Assembly: GCF_009914755.1 (NCBI RefSeq)
Contig: NC_060929.1
Reading direction: 5' to 3' (one strand)
Length of the DNA stretch: 64,000 nt
DNA from: the human T2T-CHM13v2.0 reference genome, Homo sapiens
Positions 41,001 to 55,221 of this stretch are shown here, in pieces. The number at the start of each line of letters is the position of its first letter. Position 1 is the first letter of the stretch. The notes beneath the pieces are model-generated. The model saw nothing but the letters and a program-made list of their open reading frames with translations. It was not told where the DNA came from and searched no databases. The position numbers and the translations under genes were made by a program.

Positions 41001-43000
41001 CGGCCCACCCATGGCTGCCCATGGACCTGTGAGCATTCACTTCTTCCCTTCTGAGCCCATAAAAACCCCAAGACTCAAACAATCTCAGAGACTTTTGAAG
41101 AAAACCTGTCTGTGGATAGGAGCTACCCACTTTGGGTCTCCTGTCTGCTGAGAGCTATTCAGTTGCTCAGTAAAGCTCCTCTCCACCTTGCTCGTCCACC
41201 AGTTGTCCACCTAACCTCATTCTTCCTGGATGCAGGACAAGAACTTGAGAACCACCAAACAGCCAGAGTGAAAGGAGCAATAACACTTTCCTGGGCGGCT
41301 CACCAAGCTATGGGTGGTGACATGTTCCTTGATTGTGGGAGTGAAGAGTGGCAACCCTTCTGGGGGCTCAGACTTTGGGATGCCCTGAGCCAGAGCTGCT
41401 GTAAGAGCCCTCCTGCCTCCCACTGGCACCAGGCGGCCACCCCACATAACAGCAGCAGGGCTGGGATAGCCCAGGAGCCATGGGCCAGAGTGAAGCAGGG
41501 CAGTAGGACTGAGACAGCTTTAACATAAATGGACTGAAACACACCCCCATCCTCTACTCACCATGCTGCAAGTGGCAAGGAGAGAAGAGCTGAAGCCTTT
41601 CTGGGGGCCCAGACCTTGGGGCTCCATGCAGGGCTGTGACACATTATAACACCCTCGTTGGGGCTCTGTGGTTTCGTCATCTCCAAGCTTTTGGAAGCCA
41701 CCACGTTCCCCAGTGCCCACAGAGGAATCCATTTACAATTCGCCTGGTTCAGCTGCAGCCTGACATGGAGCTTCCCACCCTGCTGTAGCTAGCATGCCTG
41801 GTGGTGTACAGTGGATGGACCCCACACTTGCTTGAGCACACACCCCTCACTGCTCTGCGCCTGGCTCACCCTTGGCAGGCGTGGGATCCAGGCCGGTGGC
41901 ATGAGCCAAGCACAGCCTGCTCTACCATGTGGGTGGAACAAGCCCAGCGGGCAAGCAGCGGCACCACCAGCCACAGAGGTTTCCACCTGGTGAAGAGACA
42001 CCGTCAGGATCCTGTAGCGTTTTGTTTTTTTCATGTTACACCAACTTACATTCCTGGGAAATATCTCATTTGATCATAGAGTATAGTTATTTCTGTGTGT
42101 TGCTGAATTCAGTTTGCTAGTATTCTGCTGAAGATTTTAGATTGATATTCATGAAAGATATTGGTCTGAAGTTTTTTTTGGTATACTTGTTTTTTGTAAG
42201 AGGTTATATTGGCCTCATAGAATGAGTAGGACAGTGTTCCCTACTCATAATTTTCATAAGATTTTGTAAAGGATTGGTATTAATTCTTCCTTAATTGTCT
42301 GATAAAAATTTACCTGTGAAGTGATCTAGGCCTAGGTATTTATTATTATTATTATTACTAATTCAGTTTCTTAATTTGCTATAAGTATATTTAGTATATT
42401 TAAGTATATTTAGATCTTTTTTTCTTGAACCAGTTATTGTAGTTTGTGTTTATCTAGGACTTTGCCAATTTCATCTAAATTGTCTAATTTATTTGTATGC
42501 AATTGTGCCTAATATTCTAATTATTTGTTATGCTTATGGATTTTTAAAATTCTTAATTATTTTACAATCATGAATATATACTGATTTATATTATATATAA
42601 ATAAACATAAATATAAATAAGCATTTTTTGGATCAGATAATCAAACAACATAAAAATAAGCATTTTTTCCTTTGATCAGATAATGAGGTATATAATACAT
42701 TTATAGATTCAATAATAGTAAACCATCCTTTTAATTTTGAGATAAATAAAAATGTATGGTGTTTTATGTTTAAACACTTTGGGGGGTTTTTTTATACTGA
42801 TAATTTTTTTTTAATTTTAGGATTTTTTTCTATATATTTGTGGATTAAGTGGTCCTGTGATTTTTCTTTCTTCTAATGTCTTTATCTGGTTTTAGTTTCA
42901 ATGCTACACATATCCCAGAATGAATTGTAGATAATTGCCTTTATTTCTATTCTGGAAGAATTTGTATATAAATGAGATTATAAGGTCTGGGCAGGTAGTA
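38045..43000 (-). mobile_element. Old L1M element (3' UTR and ORF2), split by MER52
   Basis: Continuous antisense L1 text ('atgtggatatccag...accatttgct', 'attgaatagaagtggtgggagtgaacatccttg'), resuming at ~42020. The right boundary is uncertain. Confidence 0.82.
40266..42019 (+). mobile_element. MER52 (A-like) ERV1 solo LTR
   Basis: GC-rich block of ~1.75 kb starting 'tgatggcaatggtggcccatctggagtggcc', with 'gagcccataaaaacccc' TATA-like and 'agtaaa' poly(A)-like motifs. Confidence 0.85.
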
Positions 43001-43349
43001 GAAAGCACTGTAAACATTTCTGTGCCAGTGCCTTAATTTGTGATAAAACTGTGCCTGGTAGTCCCAATAAAGTTCCTTCCCCTTTGATTAGTCTTAAAAT
43101 GCAGTTTTCATAAAACTGCTGAATATGTGCCCAGTGTTTTTGGCTGTGAGATACACTGTTAGAAGTAATGTCAAATATCAGAGTTATTCCTTTGAGATTT
43201 TCTTCTCTTCAATATTTTACCCTTCAAGTTCTCTCTATCCATGTAACTCTCCAATGCCTTCACGGAGATATTTTATAATACATATCCCAAATTTTCTTTT
43301 TATTATTGGCAGGATGGTTCATCTAAAACAAGTTAATTTGACATTGATA

Positions 43350-43375
43350 TCAGGATGATGCTGGCCTCAAAAAAA
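43350..43375 (+). mobile_element. Miniature L1 insertion (inverted ~20-mer plus short A tract) with TSD
   Basis: tttgacattgata at 43337-43349 and 43380-43392 flanks tcaggatgatgctggcctc + A9. Confidence 0.75.
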
Positions 43376-43804
43376 AATTTTTGACATTGATAGAGGTAGA
43401 ATATCTGATAAGTGTTTGTATGTGTGTATTTTCACATGAAAGCATTTAATCTATATTTTATTATTAATTTCTACCTTATTTTAATTATGGTACAAAATTA
43501 TAAAGAATTAATTTTTGAGATTTGCATAATACTTTTTTAATTTTTTGAAATTATTATATATGTACTTCTGGAAGAATTATGTATATTAGGTGAAGCTTCG
43601 TAACCATTTATTGGTTAATAGATGGGTATTCTATAGCCCTTCCTTTTTCATGGGGTTGTCAAAATATTTTAGTAGGAATTGGTTTCTGTTGCCTATTTTG
43701 TGATTCTGTTTTTTTTAATTGATTTTACTTTATTTTCATGTGAGCTCTCTATAGTCTTTTTTCTTTAACAACAATGCAGATTGCTAGCAGAAGTGATGAA
43801 CTGA

Positions 43805-44095
<291 letters not shown>

Positions 44096-45915
44096 TGACG
44101 GGAAGTTGGATAATCTAATGGCCTAGGTTTGTTTTACCTTGCAAGAAGAGAAGAACTGAGGAGGGAGTAGGGCTGAGAATGAGCTACAGCAGGGCGGGGG
44201 GTGGGGGACGTTTTTTCTAGATATGTTAGACACTGTTATGTTTACACATTTGCTCTTTGAAAAAAAATACCCAAATAATGTGTGAATAAGTTACTTTCTT
44301 TAACATGTATGTTTAAATGAGAATAAACTCAGAACACCAGAAAAATAAGAAACAAACTATCTCAAATGTGAAATACTTTTTACTCTTCTAATTAAAATGA
44401 TGCTGTGAACACTCTTCCTGTCACATTGCTTCCTCATGAGGGAGTCGTTTTTATTCCATTCTTAAGTGCTATTTAAAGAGTTATTTCTTCTTGTTAACTG
44501 CAGGTTAGCAGTAACAGGAAAGCATTTTTTCCTTCAATCTGATTAAAAGAAAAAGTACACCCAATATGGCTTATCTTTATTTCCAATTTGCTGATAAAAT
44601 TTTATTTTATAACATTGATATCTTTCATTTTTGTACCCTCAGAACCCTGATCAAAACATTTCAATCTTTTCTTCCATGATTCGTATCTGTCTTTGTTATA
44701 ATGGCATTTTTGTGTTTTTCATCTCAACACTACTGCTTTTGCCCATTTTAAAACTTTTCAGCAGTTCTTTATTAAGTATATTGAAACTGCATGTGAAAAT
44801 TTAAGCAGAAGTAAAAGCTTATTTCATGGCCTATTAACATAAAAGTAAATAGACTTTTTTTTTAACCAAAAAGCTTTATTATTAAACACTACTAAATTAA
44901 TTACATTTATTTACAGAGCACACTTGGGGATTTACAAGTGTAGATTCTCACATTTTGCCTATGAGTAAACATCCCATTTTCTGATCAGTCTCCAGTATTT
45001 GAAAGTTACATTCCTAACTCCATTTCCTCTTTGAATTACGACTCTATTTTTGTGTTAACATTTTTGGCAATTTTGCTATAAAGCATTAGCCCATATAAAC
45101 TATTTCCAAAGCCTTTCACTCTATTACCTGATCCCCACAAATGTCTCTAATGCCTCTGTATTACTACCTTCACTAGCTAGACCTAATATTCTTAGTTCAT
45201 TTCTTGGTAGCATTTACCATTGTTCATTATTCCTTCATGGAGGCAGTTTTCTTTGGCTTCTCTATGTGATCACACCCTCCTTTATTTTTACCCTACTTTG
45301 TACTATTCCTGACTTCTTTGCTGGACTTTTACTTATTTCCCTAACTCTGTAATTTAAAATACCTCAGGATCAAACTTTGATCTTCTTTGTTCTCTTTCCT
45401 GTCTCCTTTAATGATCTCATCCGATGTAATGACTTTAAATACTATCTTTATGCCAAGGACTTTGAAATTCACATCTCTAGCTGAAAACTCTCTCACGAAT
45501 TCCACACATGATTTCAACTGCATACTCATTACAGCTACTTGGATGTCTGGTAGACACCTCAAATTAAACATGAACAAAAGTAGACTGCTGATTCTCTCCC
45601 CAAAACTTGCTTTACCCACACTTTTCCTTATATCTATTCATGAAAACATGATCCTTTCAGTGTTCTGGTCTAAGAGCTTTTATTCATCTTGACTCCGCTT
45701 TTTCTCTCATGTTACATTCAACCACCAGGAAATACTGGTGGCTTCAAAATATATTCAGAGACATACATGGACCACTTCCCATACTTTCATATTAATAGCT
45801 TCCATCTTTGTTCAAGTCACAACTATTTCTCTCCTGAATTACTGCAGTAGCTTCCTAATATATTCTTTACTTCTATCCTTAACTCCTATAGATTATTTTC
45901 AACTAAAGGAAACTA

Positions 45916-46261
45916 CAGTGGTCCTTCCAGTTCAGGGTTGCAGGTAGCCAGAAGCTATCCCAGCAGCTCAGAGCACAAGACAGGAACCCATGCTGGACAG
46001 GACTCTGTCCCAGCACAGGGCGCACTCACACTGACACTCACACTCACTCAGATTGGGAACATTTAGACACACCAGTTCACCTAATGTGCACGTCTCTGGA
46101 ATGTGAGAGGAAACCAGAGTACCTGGAGAAAAGCCACTCAGATACGGGGAGGCCTTGCAGACTCCACATGGACAGTGCCCTAGGCCAGGAATCAATTTTT
46201 TTTCTCATCAACATTGTAACCAAAGTCGTTGAATGAAATCATGTTATTAGAGGACCTGCTG
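45916..46261. mobile_element. MER6-family Tc1/mariner (Tigger) relic
   Basis: TA-flanked imperfect TIRs (ta-cagtggtcct ... aggacctgctg-ta) and internal 'ggaaaccagagtacctggagaaaa'. Confidence 0.8.
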
Positions 46262-46263
46262 TA

Positions 46264-46465
46264 GTTGGAATTATATCATACTTAGTTCTTTTAGATTGGC
46301 TTCTTTCATGTAGCAATGTACCTTTAAGAGTCTTTCATGTCTTTGCATAGCTTGTTAGCTCATTATATTGTCTGGATGTACCACAATTTGTTTATCCATT
46401 CACCTGTTGAAGGATATTTCAGTTGCTTCCAAGTTTTGACAATTAAAAATAAAGTTACTATAAAA
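46264..46465 (-). mobile_element. L1M fragment
   Basis: 'tggatgtaccacaatttgtttatccattcacctgttgaagg'. Confidence 0.7.
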
Positions 46466-47439
46466 AAGACATCATTTTATCACTGAAAATTTATCAGTGG
46501 CTTCAATTTCACTCAGCATAAAAGCTAAATATCTTAAATTGTTCAATAAGACTCCACCTGATTATGTCACTTCATTGCCTTTCTGACTGTATTTCTTATT
46601 GTTTCTCCTTTCGTTTCCTCTGCTGAAAATGTCTAACGACATTGGTGTTCTTATTATTCCTTGATTATGCTGGTTATGCTAGCTTCTTACTTCTTTTGCT
46701 CAGTCCCGCTGATTACTAGAATAGTCTTCTCTCTGTTATTTCTATAGTTAATATAATCATTTTCTTCAAATATTTATTTAAACATTACCTTTTTATTTTA
46801 GTCACACAGAGCCCTCAACTTCCCCTTATTTTACTGCACTGCTTTTTTCCCCTATATTACTTACTCTAGCATAAAATATCATCACTCTTTTATTATTTCA
46901 ATTTTAAAATGGTCTTCCTTATTTTTTTCATGCCCTTAAAGTAAACTCAATATGGACAGGTCTTATTCCTGTTTTCACTTTGCCTAATACGTTGTATATA
47001 TTCAATATACACTCCTCTCAAAAGGTACGAAAGGGTATGTGATTGAATGATCATTGATTTTGCTATCCTTTTATTATTGATATTGTCAAACAAAAAATAA
47101 ATTTAATGTGAACTGTGCATTATTCAATGATAAAATAAAGAATAATGCATATGATAGATTAAACAGTGATTTTACATCAGAGGATTTGGATCCCTTTTCA
47201 GTTCTACCAATATATGTGAAATTTGGACAGATACGTTAAAGTCACAGTTGTTGTATAAAGTATATTTACTGAAATGTATGAGTTTTAAAATTTCAAGATT
47301 CTAAAGATTGCATTCAAGATTGTTGATAAGATCTCAAAAGACACAGCTGTGGAACCAAAATAAATTCTACACACAAGTGAAAAAGTGCATGTTTGTGCAT
47401 TGATTGTGAGTTTGTTTTGGGATACATAAATGATTACAA

Positions 47440-47670
47440 CACAGTGGTTCAGTGATGGTTCTGGAATCAGAATACATGAGTTTTAAATTTATCCTCCAGA
47501 AATGAAGTGGCCTCTGGCTAGTTACATAAACTTTGAAATTCTCAATTCCTGTATCTATAAAATGGGGTTCTTGCAGTGCTCATCTATGGATTTACAGCAG
47601 GAATTAAATTAGATTAACAGTGCAACTAGAAACCTGTTCCACACATGATAAGCATTCAATAAATATTTTA
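47440..47670 (+). mobile_element. MIR
   Basis: 'tctggaatcaga...atctataaaatgggg...taagcattcaataaat'. Confidence 0.65.
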
Positions 47671-47685
47671 TATTATAGAGCATTG

Positions 47686-47847
47686 TGTTATTCAGTGTTA
47701 TCCAGAGAAATAGAACAAATAGGAGAAACAGAACCAACAAAACCTGATATATAGATATCTATGTGTGTGTACATGTATACATATATAGATAGATATCCAT
47801 ATTTTAGGTTATGTTGTGTGTGTATGTGTGTGTGGATGCGTGTGTGT

Positions 47848-47893
<46 letters not shown>

Positions 47894-48293
47894 TTCTTAT
47901 AGGAATTGGCTTATGATATTATGGAGTCAGGAATTTCCACCATCTGCCATATGCAAGATCGAGAACTAAGAAACTTGGTGGTATAATTCAGTGCGTGTCC
48001 AAAGGCTCTAGAACCAGGAGTCCTGATGTCTGAGGGCAAGAAAATATTGGTATTCCAGGTCAGAGAGAGAGAGAGAGAGAAATAATTCAACCTTCCTTGC
48101 GTTTTTGTCCTATTGTGGCCCTCAATGAATTGGGTGATGTCCACTCACACTGATTAGACAATTTCTTTCTCAGTCTACTGATTAAAATGCTATTCTCTTC
48201 AAGAATAAAATCTCAAGTACACTCAGAAATAGTTTACTAGCTACCTGGGCATCCCTTAGAGAGTCAAGTTGACACATACAATTAACCATCATA
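47686..48293 (-). mobile_element. MLT2 (ERVL) solo LTR
   Basis: 'tccagagaaatagaac...ggaattggcttatg...gtcaagttgacacatacaattaaccatca'. Confidence 0.82.
47849..47893. repeat. (TAGA)11 tetranucleotide STR
   Basis: Uninterrupted run read directly from the sequence. Confidence 0.95.
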
Positions 48294-49575
48294 CACATAC
48301 AGAGAAATTTTAGAAGAAATTACATCCAATATGTTGAAGTTCCACATGTGAGAATTCTTTCAGGGTGTACAAGGCATCAAGATTTATTACCCTGCAAGAG
48401 TTGGAGTTCAATCAAAATATTTTAATGAGTAGAAAAGATTAGTGAAGTACAGTGTGGTCGAATCAGATATACGTTTACTTTAAGCAAAATCAACTGTACC
48501 AACCCAACATTAAGTGAGCAGTTATTAAGATATATGTATATTTTACATTATTGCTCCTAAATGTGAGACAACTACTTGAGCTGATTACCATCCTAGTAAA
48601 AGGCTATATTTCATCAAATACGAGTAAAAACTCATGATGTCAAATTTAGTAACTATATTTCATTTTGTTCTTTTGAGTGTTTTAAGGGGTTTTCCAAGAT
48701 AATGTTGACTATAAATGGATTTACTCCATGTGCTCTCTTCCAAATATAACTCAATATTTTATACTTAGAAATGTATTTTGTGGTGAGCCAGATGGATCTG
48801 TAAACAGATGTTAAAATAAAATATTATAATTAAAATAGAAATAAAGGATAGAAAAGCTCTGTTCTCTAATTTTATTGAATGGAGGAGGTTTTCTATTAAA
48901 GTAGCCCAATGATGAAGTGATTAGGATTACATTAAGAAGAAGGAAGTTAAAATATTCAATAATGCACAATCAAGAAAAAAAATCAATATAATACATTACG
49001 TAAATTAAGCATACTAGAGGAAAGCAAGGTGAAATAAAGTCTCAGATCAGGTTGTCAGTGACTATCTTACAAAGATTAAAATTAGTATCTCAAGAATATT
49101 TATTTTTAAAATGTTCAGTATGTTGATGAGCACATCATTTTTCCATGTTAAACCTCATTTTCCCTTTTATCATAATGTGTCTTTCAATGGTAATGTGCAA
49201 ACTTCATTCTATATAAAATCTGTCCCTGGGCTGCTTGGGCAAAGAAGAGGTTCACAAGTCTTTAAAAAATACTAGAAGCCAAAACTTGTTTACTCAAAGA
49301 TCATTTCTTATATAACTTCCTTTCATAATAAGCTTTACATTTTAAGAGATGACAAAGTCTATTAATGACTACCAAACTAAATGTTCTACATACAAGTGAA
49401 ATGCAATATCTTTTATATTTTTCTTCTATATGAGGAATATAAAACATGAATATTGTTTTAAAGGTGAGTTGCAAGTGAATGCTTTTTGATCTCTTGAATT
49501 TTAAAATTTATTTGCATTTATAACATAGTTATTTTTAAGATGTTCTTGTCATTGTACTCCATACACATTTTATGA

Positions 49576-49621
49576 TTTTTTTTCTTTTTTTTATTATTAT
49601 ACTTTAAGTTTTAGGGTACAT
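49576..49621 (-). mobile_element. Extremely 5'-truncated young L1PA (last ~30 nt plus tail)
   Basis: Poly(T) + 'attattatactttaagttttagggtacat', the reverse complement of the L1 terminus seen at 22785-22812. Confidence 0.8.
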
Positions 49622-50950
49622 TTAAACAATGTCATAATAGATATGCAGTCTATTAAATAGTTGTAATGCTTGTAAGATAATCTGTATCACTCGGTTTTAA
49701 CTTTTACATCTTAAAACCAATTCTGCCTACATGGTATTATACTTATATAATATTATAATTACTTTGGGCATGCTAACATGACTAATGAGAAAATATAAAA
49801 GTATTTGTAACTTACCATAAACTAAGCAAAATAAATGGCAATATACTTTGATTGTAATCTTTATCATTCTTAGAAATAAAATAAACTTATAAAACTAAAA
49901 TATGTGTATGCACTTTCTTGAATAAAGAAGGAACTCTACAGGTGATACATTTGCTAATATTGCTGGAAAATTCACTAGAATGGCAAATTCATTATATGGA
50001 ATGCTATAATAGTGAATGCTATTAAATGGGAAACTGATTGTAAAATGTACCACCGTGAAATCACTCTGATTTGTAAGTGTTAATGAAGAATATTTTTATA
50101 ACCTCAATAAGTACTCATGTATTTTTATACATATAATATGTCTAAGTATTGCCCAAAATTTATTTTTCTATAGAGAAATTTAAGAGTTAGAAGTTCTGAT
50201 TTGCCTTTTGAACAATGATGCACTATAAGAGATGACTCTAACTAGAAGAAGAATCACAGTGAATATTCTTAGTGGAATAATATGCTTAATATGTTCTCCC
50301 CTCTGCAAAAAAAAGCAATAACATAAACCTGAAAGGAAATGTAGTCATTAATCATGCAGTTATACACAATTGATCACTCAGCATAAAGCTATCTTTCAAC
50401 ATGAAATTGTTTTATATGTTCACCATGGTTTAAATAGCAGAGATCTAATTTTAACTACCACAGATATTTAAACAAATAGTTGAGAAGGTATATTTTATTT
50501 CTAGAAATATTATGTATAAAATATGTAAATATTATATGCATCTTAGTCTCCATACTATCTATCCATGTTTATATGTGTATATGCATTTGTGTGTATATGT
50601 AAGCCTGTGTGTGTCCCCACATGGGATGTCAGGCTGGTGTGGGGCTCACAGAAGCAGGGGAATTCTGGTTTAAGATTAAAACCTCCAATGATATGAAAAG
50701 TAAAGCTCGGCATCAGAATTTTGAGTCAACAGCCAGATATTTTAGGTAATGGTAGTAGCTAATCCTTGGGACAAAATGATTTTCAGACATCAGTTTATCC
50801 TGGATGTATCTAAGTAAGAGCAAAGTAACTAAGTTTTTTACCAGGCTGGAAATAGATTACATCAACAGAGTTGTTGGAATTTCAGTCTTTTAATTTCAGA
50901 AATTAAACTCCTTCTATGATAGTATACCATTCTTCTTCTCTAACATTCTG

Positions 50951-51274
<324 letters not shown>

Positions 51275-51483
51275 TAACATTCTTAGAACTCCTGAATTTA
51301 AGAAACTTAAAATCAAATATAAATATTGTCCATCTCAGTTAGTACTATCCCATCTAACCCTTAGTTAATAGATAGGGCTAAAAAACTTAATAATATTTGC
51401 AAGTAGTAATATATTACTTACATGTCAATATATTCCATAAAGCAATTACTAATATATCAATATTTTATAGTGTCTTAAATGTT

Positions 51484-51590
51484 ATTCATTCATTCATCTG
51501 ACAAAATCTACTAAGAAGCTGTTATAGGTCAAAGCACTTTACTAGACCCCAGGACTAAAAAGAAGAAAATGTCACTGGTACCTGACTGTC
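51484..51590 (-). mobile_element. L2 3' end
   Basis: 'attcattcattca' tail followed by 'aagcactttactagacc'. Confidence 0.5.
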
Positions 51591-53218
51591 ATCAGTCATC
51601 GTTCAGTTATTTAAGTGACAATCATCCTACTGAACTCCATATTATTCAGGTGTTTTGCCATTTTATCCTATGTACTGTTTTTAGTAGTGGCTCAAATGTT
51701 CTTTCTTTGCAGCCAAAATTCAGATCACATGAGGTTTAAACAATACATTGTTACAGTCAGATAGTCATTAATTTATGATTGTTGTGTCCTTAGATTACTA
51801 TTTGAAACAATTTAGCAAATCAGTTGGACTCCATGGTAACACATACATACCAGTATTACAGCTAAGATGAAGGAAAGTAAGTTTGTCGTTTTGTTAAATG
51901 ATTTGTTAAGTAAGTGTTTAAGCAATTTGTATCTGTATACTTAAACATATTTCTTGGTACTCAACTCAATTGTATGACTTTATGTCTGAACATGAGCTTC
52001 CTAATTTTAAATGAAGAAATGTTACAATGTTCCTTCCCAGGATTATTATGATAAACAGTTAAGAGATTATATAAAAACTTTTTGGTTTATAAAGTTATAC
52101 AAATTACTATTTATGCAAAAGCAGTTGTTAATTCACATTTGATATCTTAATTTACACATCCCAAAATATTCCTTAAGGAGTAAGGACAAATTGAAATTGA
52201 CTTATTATTTACTAATTCCTTTAGAGAAGAAATTACATTAAAAAAACATGAATTATTCCTGTAAGCAAAGGTATTCTGTGTTCCCTGGTCTTCAGGATAC
52301 TGTCTGAATATGTGTCATATTAATAGAATCTTAACAAAGCTGACATAGTATGAGGACATAACTATTAAATTTTGACAAAATATATATTCAAATATTTAAT
52401 ATATTTCATTTCCATTTACTCTGCATTAATGTTTTTACACACATCTAATTAAAAATTTCTATAGGACAATGCATAATTTCTTGAGTGCTCTCAGTTGCTC
52501 AAGTAGGTATTATTATAAAAATAAGTAATTCTGAATAAAAGTAATTTATTTTTATTTTATGTAGATTAAGACATAAATTAGTATAATTGTATTTTGCCAA
52601 CACATTAATGGAAAATGAGTAAATCAGAAATTATTTATTTTAACATTTCTGGCAGAGCCACAAATTTATTCACACTGTATTAACCTGTGAGAGAAAAGTG
52701 TATTTTCTGACTCCATTTAAAGCCTTCTGGTTCTTCATTAGCTCCCACCAGATATAGATGAGGGGAGAAATATATATTTAAAATTATCTTATGTTATTAA
52801 GAGTGCATATTGAATTTATGAAATAAAGTTTGGCAACCATCAGGGTGAACATGTTTGTGATGTTTGTTGAATTTATATTTTAACTCATGTATTTGATATT
52901 TTGGTATTATATTTTGAATATTCATTCATGTTTTTACTCCTTAGGCAATGCCTATTGTCTATGAACTATTAACTTTAAACATATAATAATGATGATTGTC
53001 ACTATTTATAACTTTGTAATTGTAGTAATTACAATTGAGTTTGTTTTTCTCTTTTTCTTTAGTCTTTCCAATTAAGTTTCAGTATCAGAGATGTTTTAGA
53101 TATATTAACAAGTTTGAAATTTTAGGTTTTCTATGTTCGAATCTTATTAACTAGTTTAGAAAATATATATGTATTGGATGATTGATGAAACTTACCCCCC
53201 CCCCAAAAATTTAGACCA

Positions 53219-53589
53219 TCATATGATTTGACTGTGTCCCCACCCAAACTCATCTTGAGTTGTAGCTCCCATAATTCCTCCATGTTGTGGGAGGGACCTG
53301 GTGGGAGATAATTAAATCATGGGGACAATTTCTCCCACACTGTTCTCGTGGTAGTGAATAAGTCTCAAGAGATCTGATGGTTTTATAACGGGTTTCCCTT
53401 TTCGCTTGGCTCTCATTCTCTCTTGCCTGCTGCCATGTAAGATGTAACTTCTTTTCTTCTTTGCCTTCCACCATGATTGTTAAGTCCTCCCCAGCCACGT
53501 GGAACTGTGAATCCATTAAACCTCTTTTTCTTTGTAAATTACCAGTCTCTGTTATATCTTTATCAGCAGCATGAAAACGGACTAATGCA
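53219..53589 (+). mobile_element. THE1 (C-like) solo LTR
   Basis: 371 bp with TSD gacca at 53214-53218 and 53590-53594, and an attaaa poly(A) signal. Confidence 0.93.
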
Positions 53590-54358
53590 GACCAGGACCC
53601 AATTTTTAAGTTTTTTTTTATTTGTTCTCAAATGTCATATTTTTGTTGACTTATTTTTATTTGATAATGTATGCCTTCCAAAAAAAAAATCTAGGGAAAC
53701 TGCATTTTCCCAGCGGAAATTTTCAAGCATACTTAAAAGTCATTGGCTATTTCTGGTGAAAAAATGACCTTATAGCTATTGTAAAATCATATCTGTATTG
53801 TTTAAATATTTTCTTTAGTTGAACAGTTTATTTCTTGTTGTTTGATAGATTTATTTAAAGCTACACTTTATCCTCTAAATAGTACACCTGCATCTTACTA
53901 ATTTTATCATATGTGAAAAAATTTTAATGACTTTCAAATTATATAACTTCTTATAATTTGAAAAAAATTCTTCCTGTTTACTTTTTTGGATGTTGTTTAG
54001 TGATATTTCTGGCATACTTTCCTAAATTAATTAAATATTTTAAATAATATTCATTTGTGTAAATGTACTGAAGTTTTGTCAGCCACTAGGTGTCAATTTT
54101 ATTAAAAGCCCACATCTGCTTAAAATGCATTTATTCTCTGTACATTAACAGTTTTTTAAAGTTATATTATTCTAATCTTTTATAGTTTTCTTATCTTTTT
54201 GTACATTAATATACCATGAGGTTATTATAAGATATTAAATTATAGTTATTGCTGTATCTATAGCTCCCTGTAATTTTATCAATTGCAATTATCTATTATG
54301 TTTTATTGAGATGTTAATTCATTTACATGTATAAACATTCTCTTGATTCCCATCTTAA

Positions 54359-54618
54359 AGGCCAAGGTGGGCGGATCACAAGGTCAGCAGATCAACACCA
54401 TCCTGGCTAACATGGTGAAACCCCATTTCTACTAAAAAATACAAAAAAAAAAAAATTAGGTGGGCGTGGTGGTGGGCGCCTGTAGTCCCAGCTACTCAGG
54501 AGGCTGAGGCAGGAGAATGACATGAACCCGTGAACTCGGCTTGCAGTGAGCCGAGATTGTGCCACTGCACTCTAGCCTGGGTGACACAGCAAAGACTGTC
54601 TCAAAAAAAAAAAAAAAA
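54359..54618 (+). mobile_element. AluY-like, 5'-truncated
   Basis: 'ggatcacaaggtcag...accatcctggctaaca', 'gcttgcagtgagccgagat', A16 tail. Confidence 0.9.
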
Positions 54619-54740
54619 TTTGTATAGACGAGGTCTGACTAGGTTGCGCAGGCCAGTCTTGAACTCTCAGCCTCAAGCAATCATCTTGTCTCAGTCTCCC
54701 GAAATGGTGGGATTACAGGCATGAGCCACCATCCCCAGCC
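54619..54740 (-). mobile_element. FLAM/AluJ left monomer
   Basis: 'tcttgaactctcagcctcaagcaatc...gggattacaggcatgagccacc'. Confidence 0.85.
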
Positions 54741-55221
54741 ACCATTTCATTTTCATTTCTCTGATGAACACCATTAGCTGATAACTCAATTTTCTTATCA
54801 GTGTCAAACATTTACCAATGACTGTATTTTCTGTAGAAAAAGAACATTTTCTACCCCTCTAATCTATTGTTCTTTCTGTCCTCCTTCCATTGGTCCAATA
54901 TTAGTTTCATCTGAAATACTGTATGTTAATTTCTATGTTTATACTTTTATTGTTTGGCCATTCAAAAAATCCAGCCATCAATAGATATTTTATTACAATT
55001 GTATTTTTATTAGAATTGCACTTCCATGGTGGGACTGGTGGTTTATTTTCTATGTCTTGTTGCTTCTAACTTGGATTAATTAATCTTCTTGCTGGGAAAT
55101 CCCCAAAGTAATTTCAAGGTCGATCTTTTTGTAGCAATTTTCCTGAGTTTCTCAATGCCTGAAGACATATGTAATTCATTCTCTTATTTAACTGAGAGTT
55201 TAGATGAGAGGTGAATTTTTT

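Larger units (their letters stand above)
45150..47010 (+). mobile_element. L2 fragments with nested L1M and MER6
   Basis: 'ctacttggatgtctggtagacacctcaaattaaacatg', 'actatttctctcctgaattactgcagtagcttcctaa', 'cagtggcttcaatttcactcagcataaaagc'. Confidence 0.75.
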
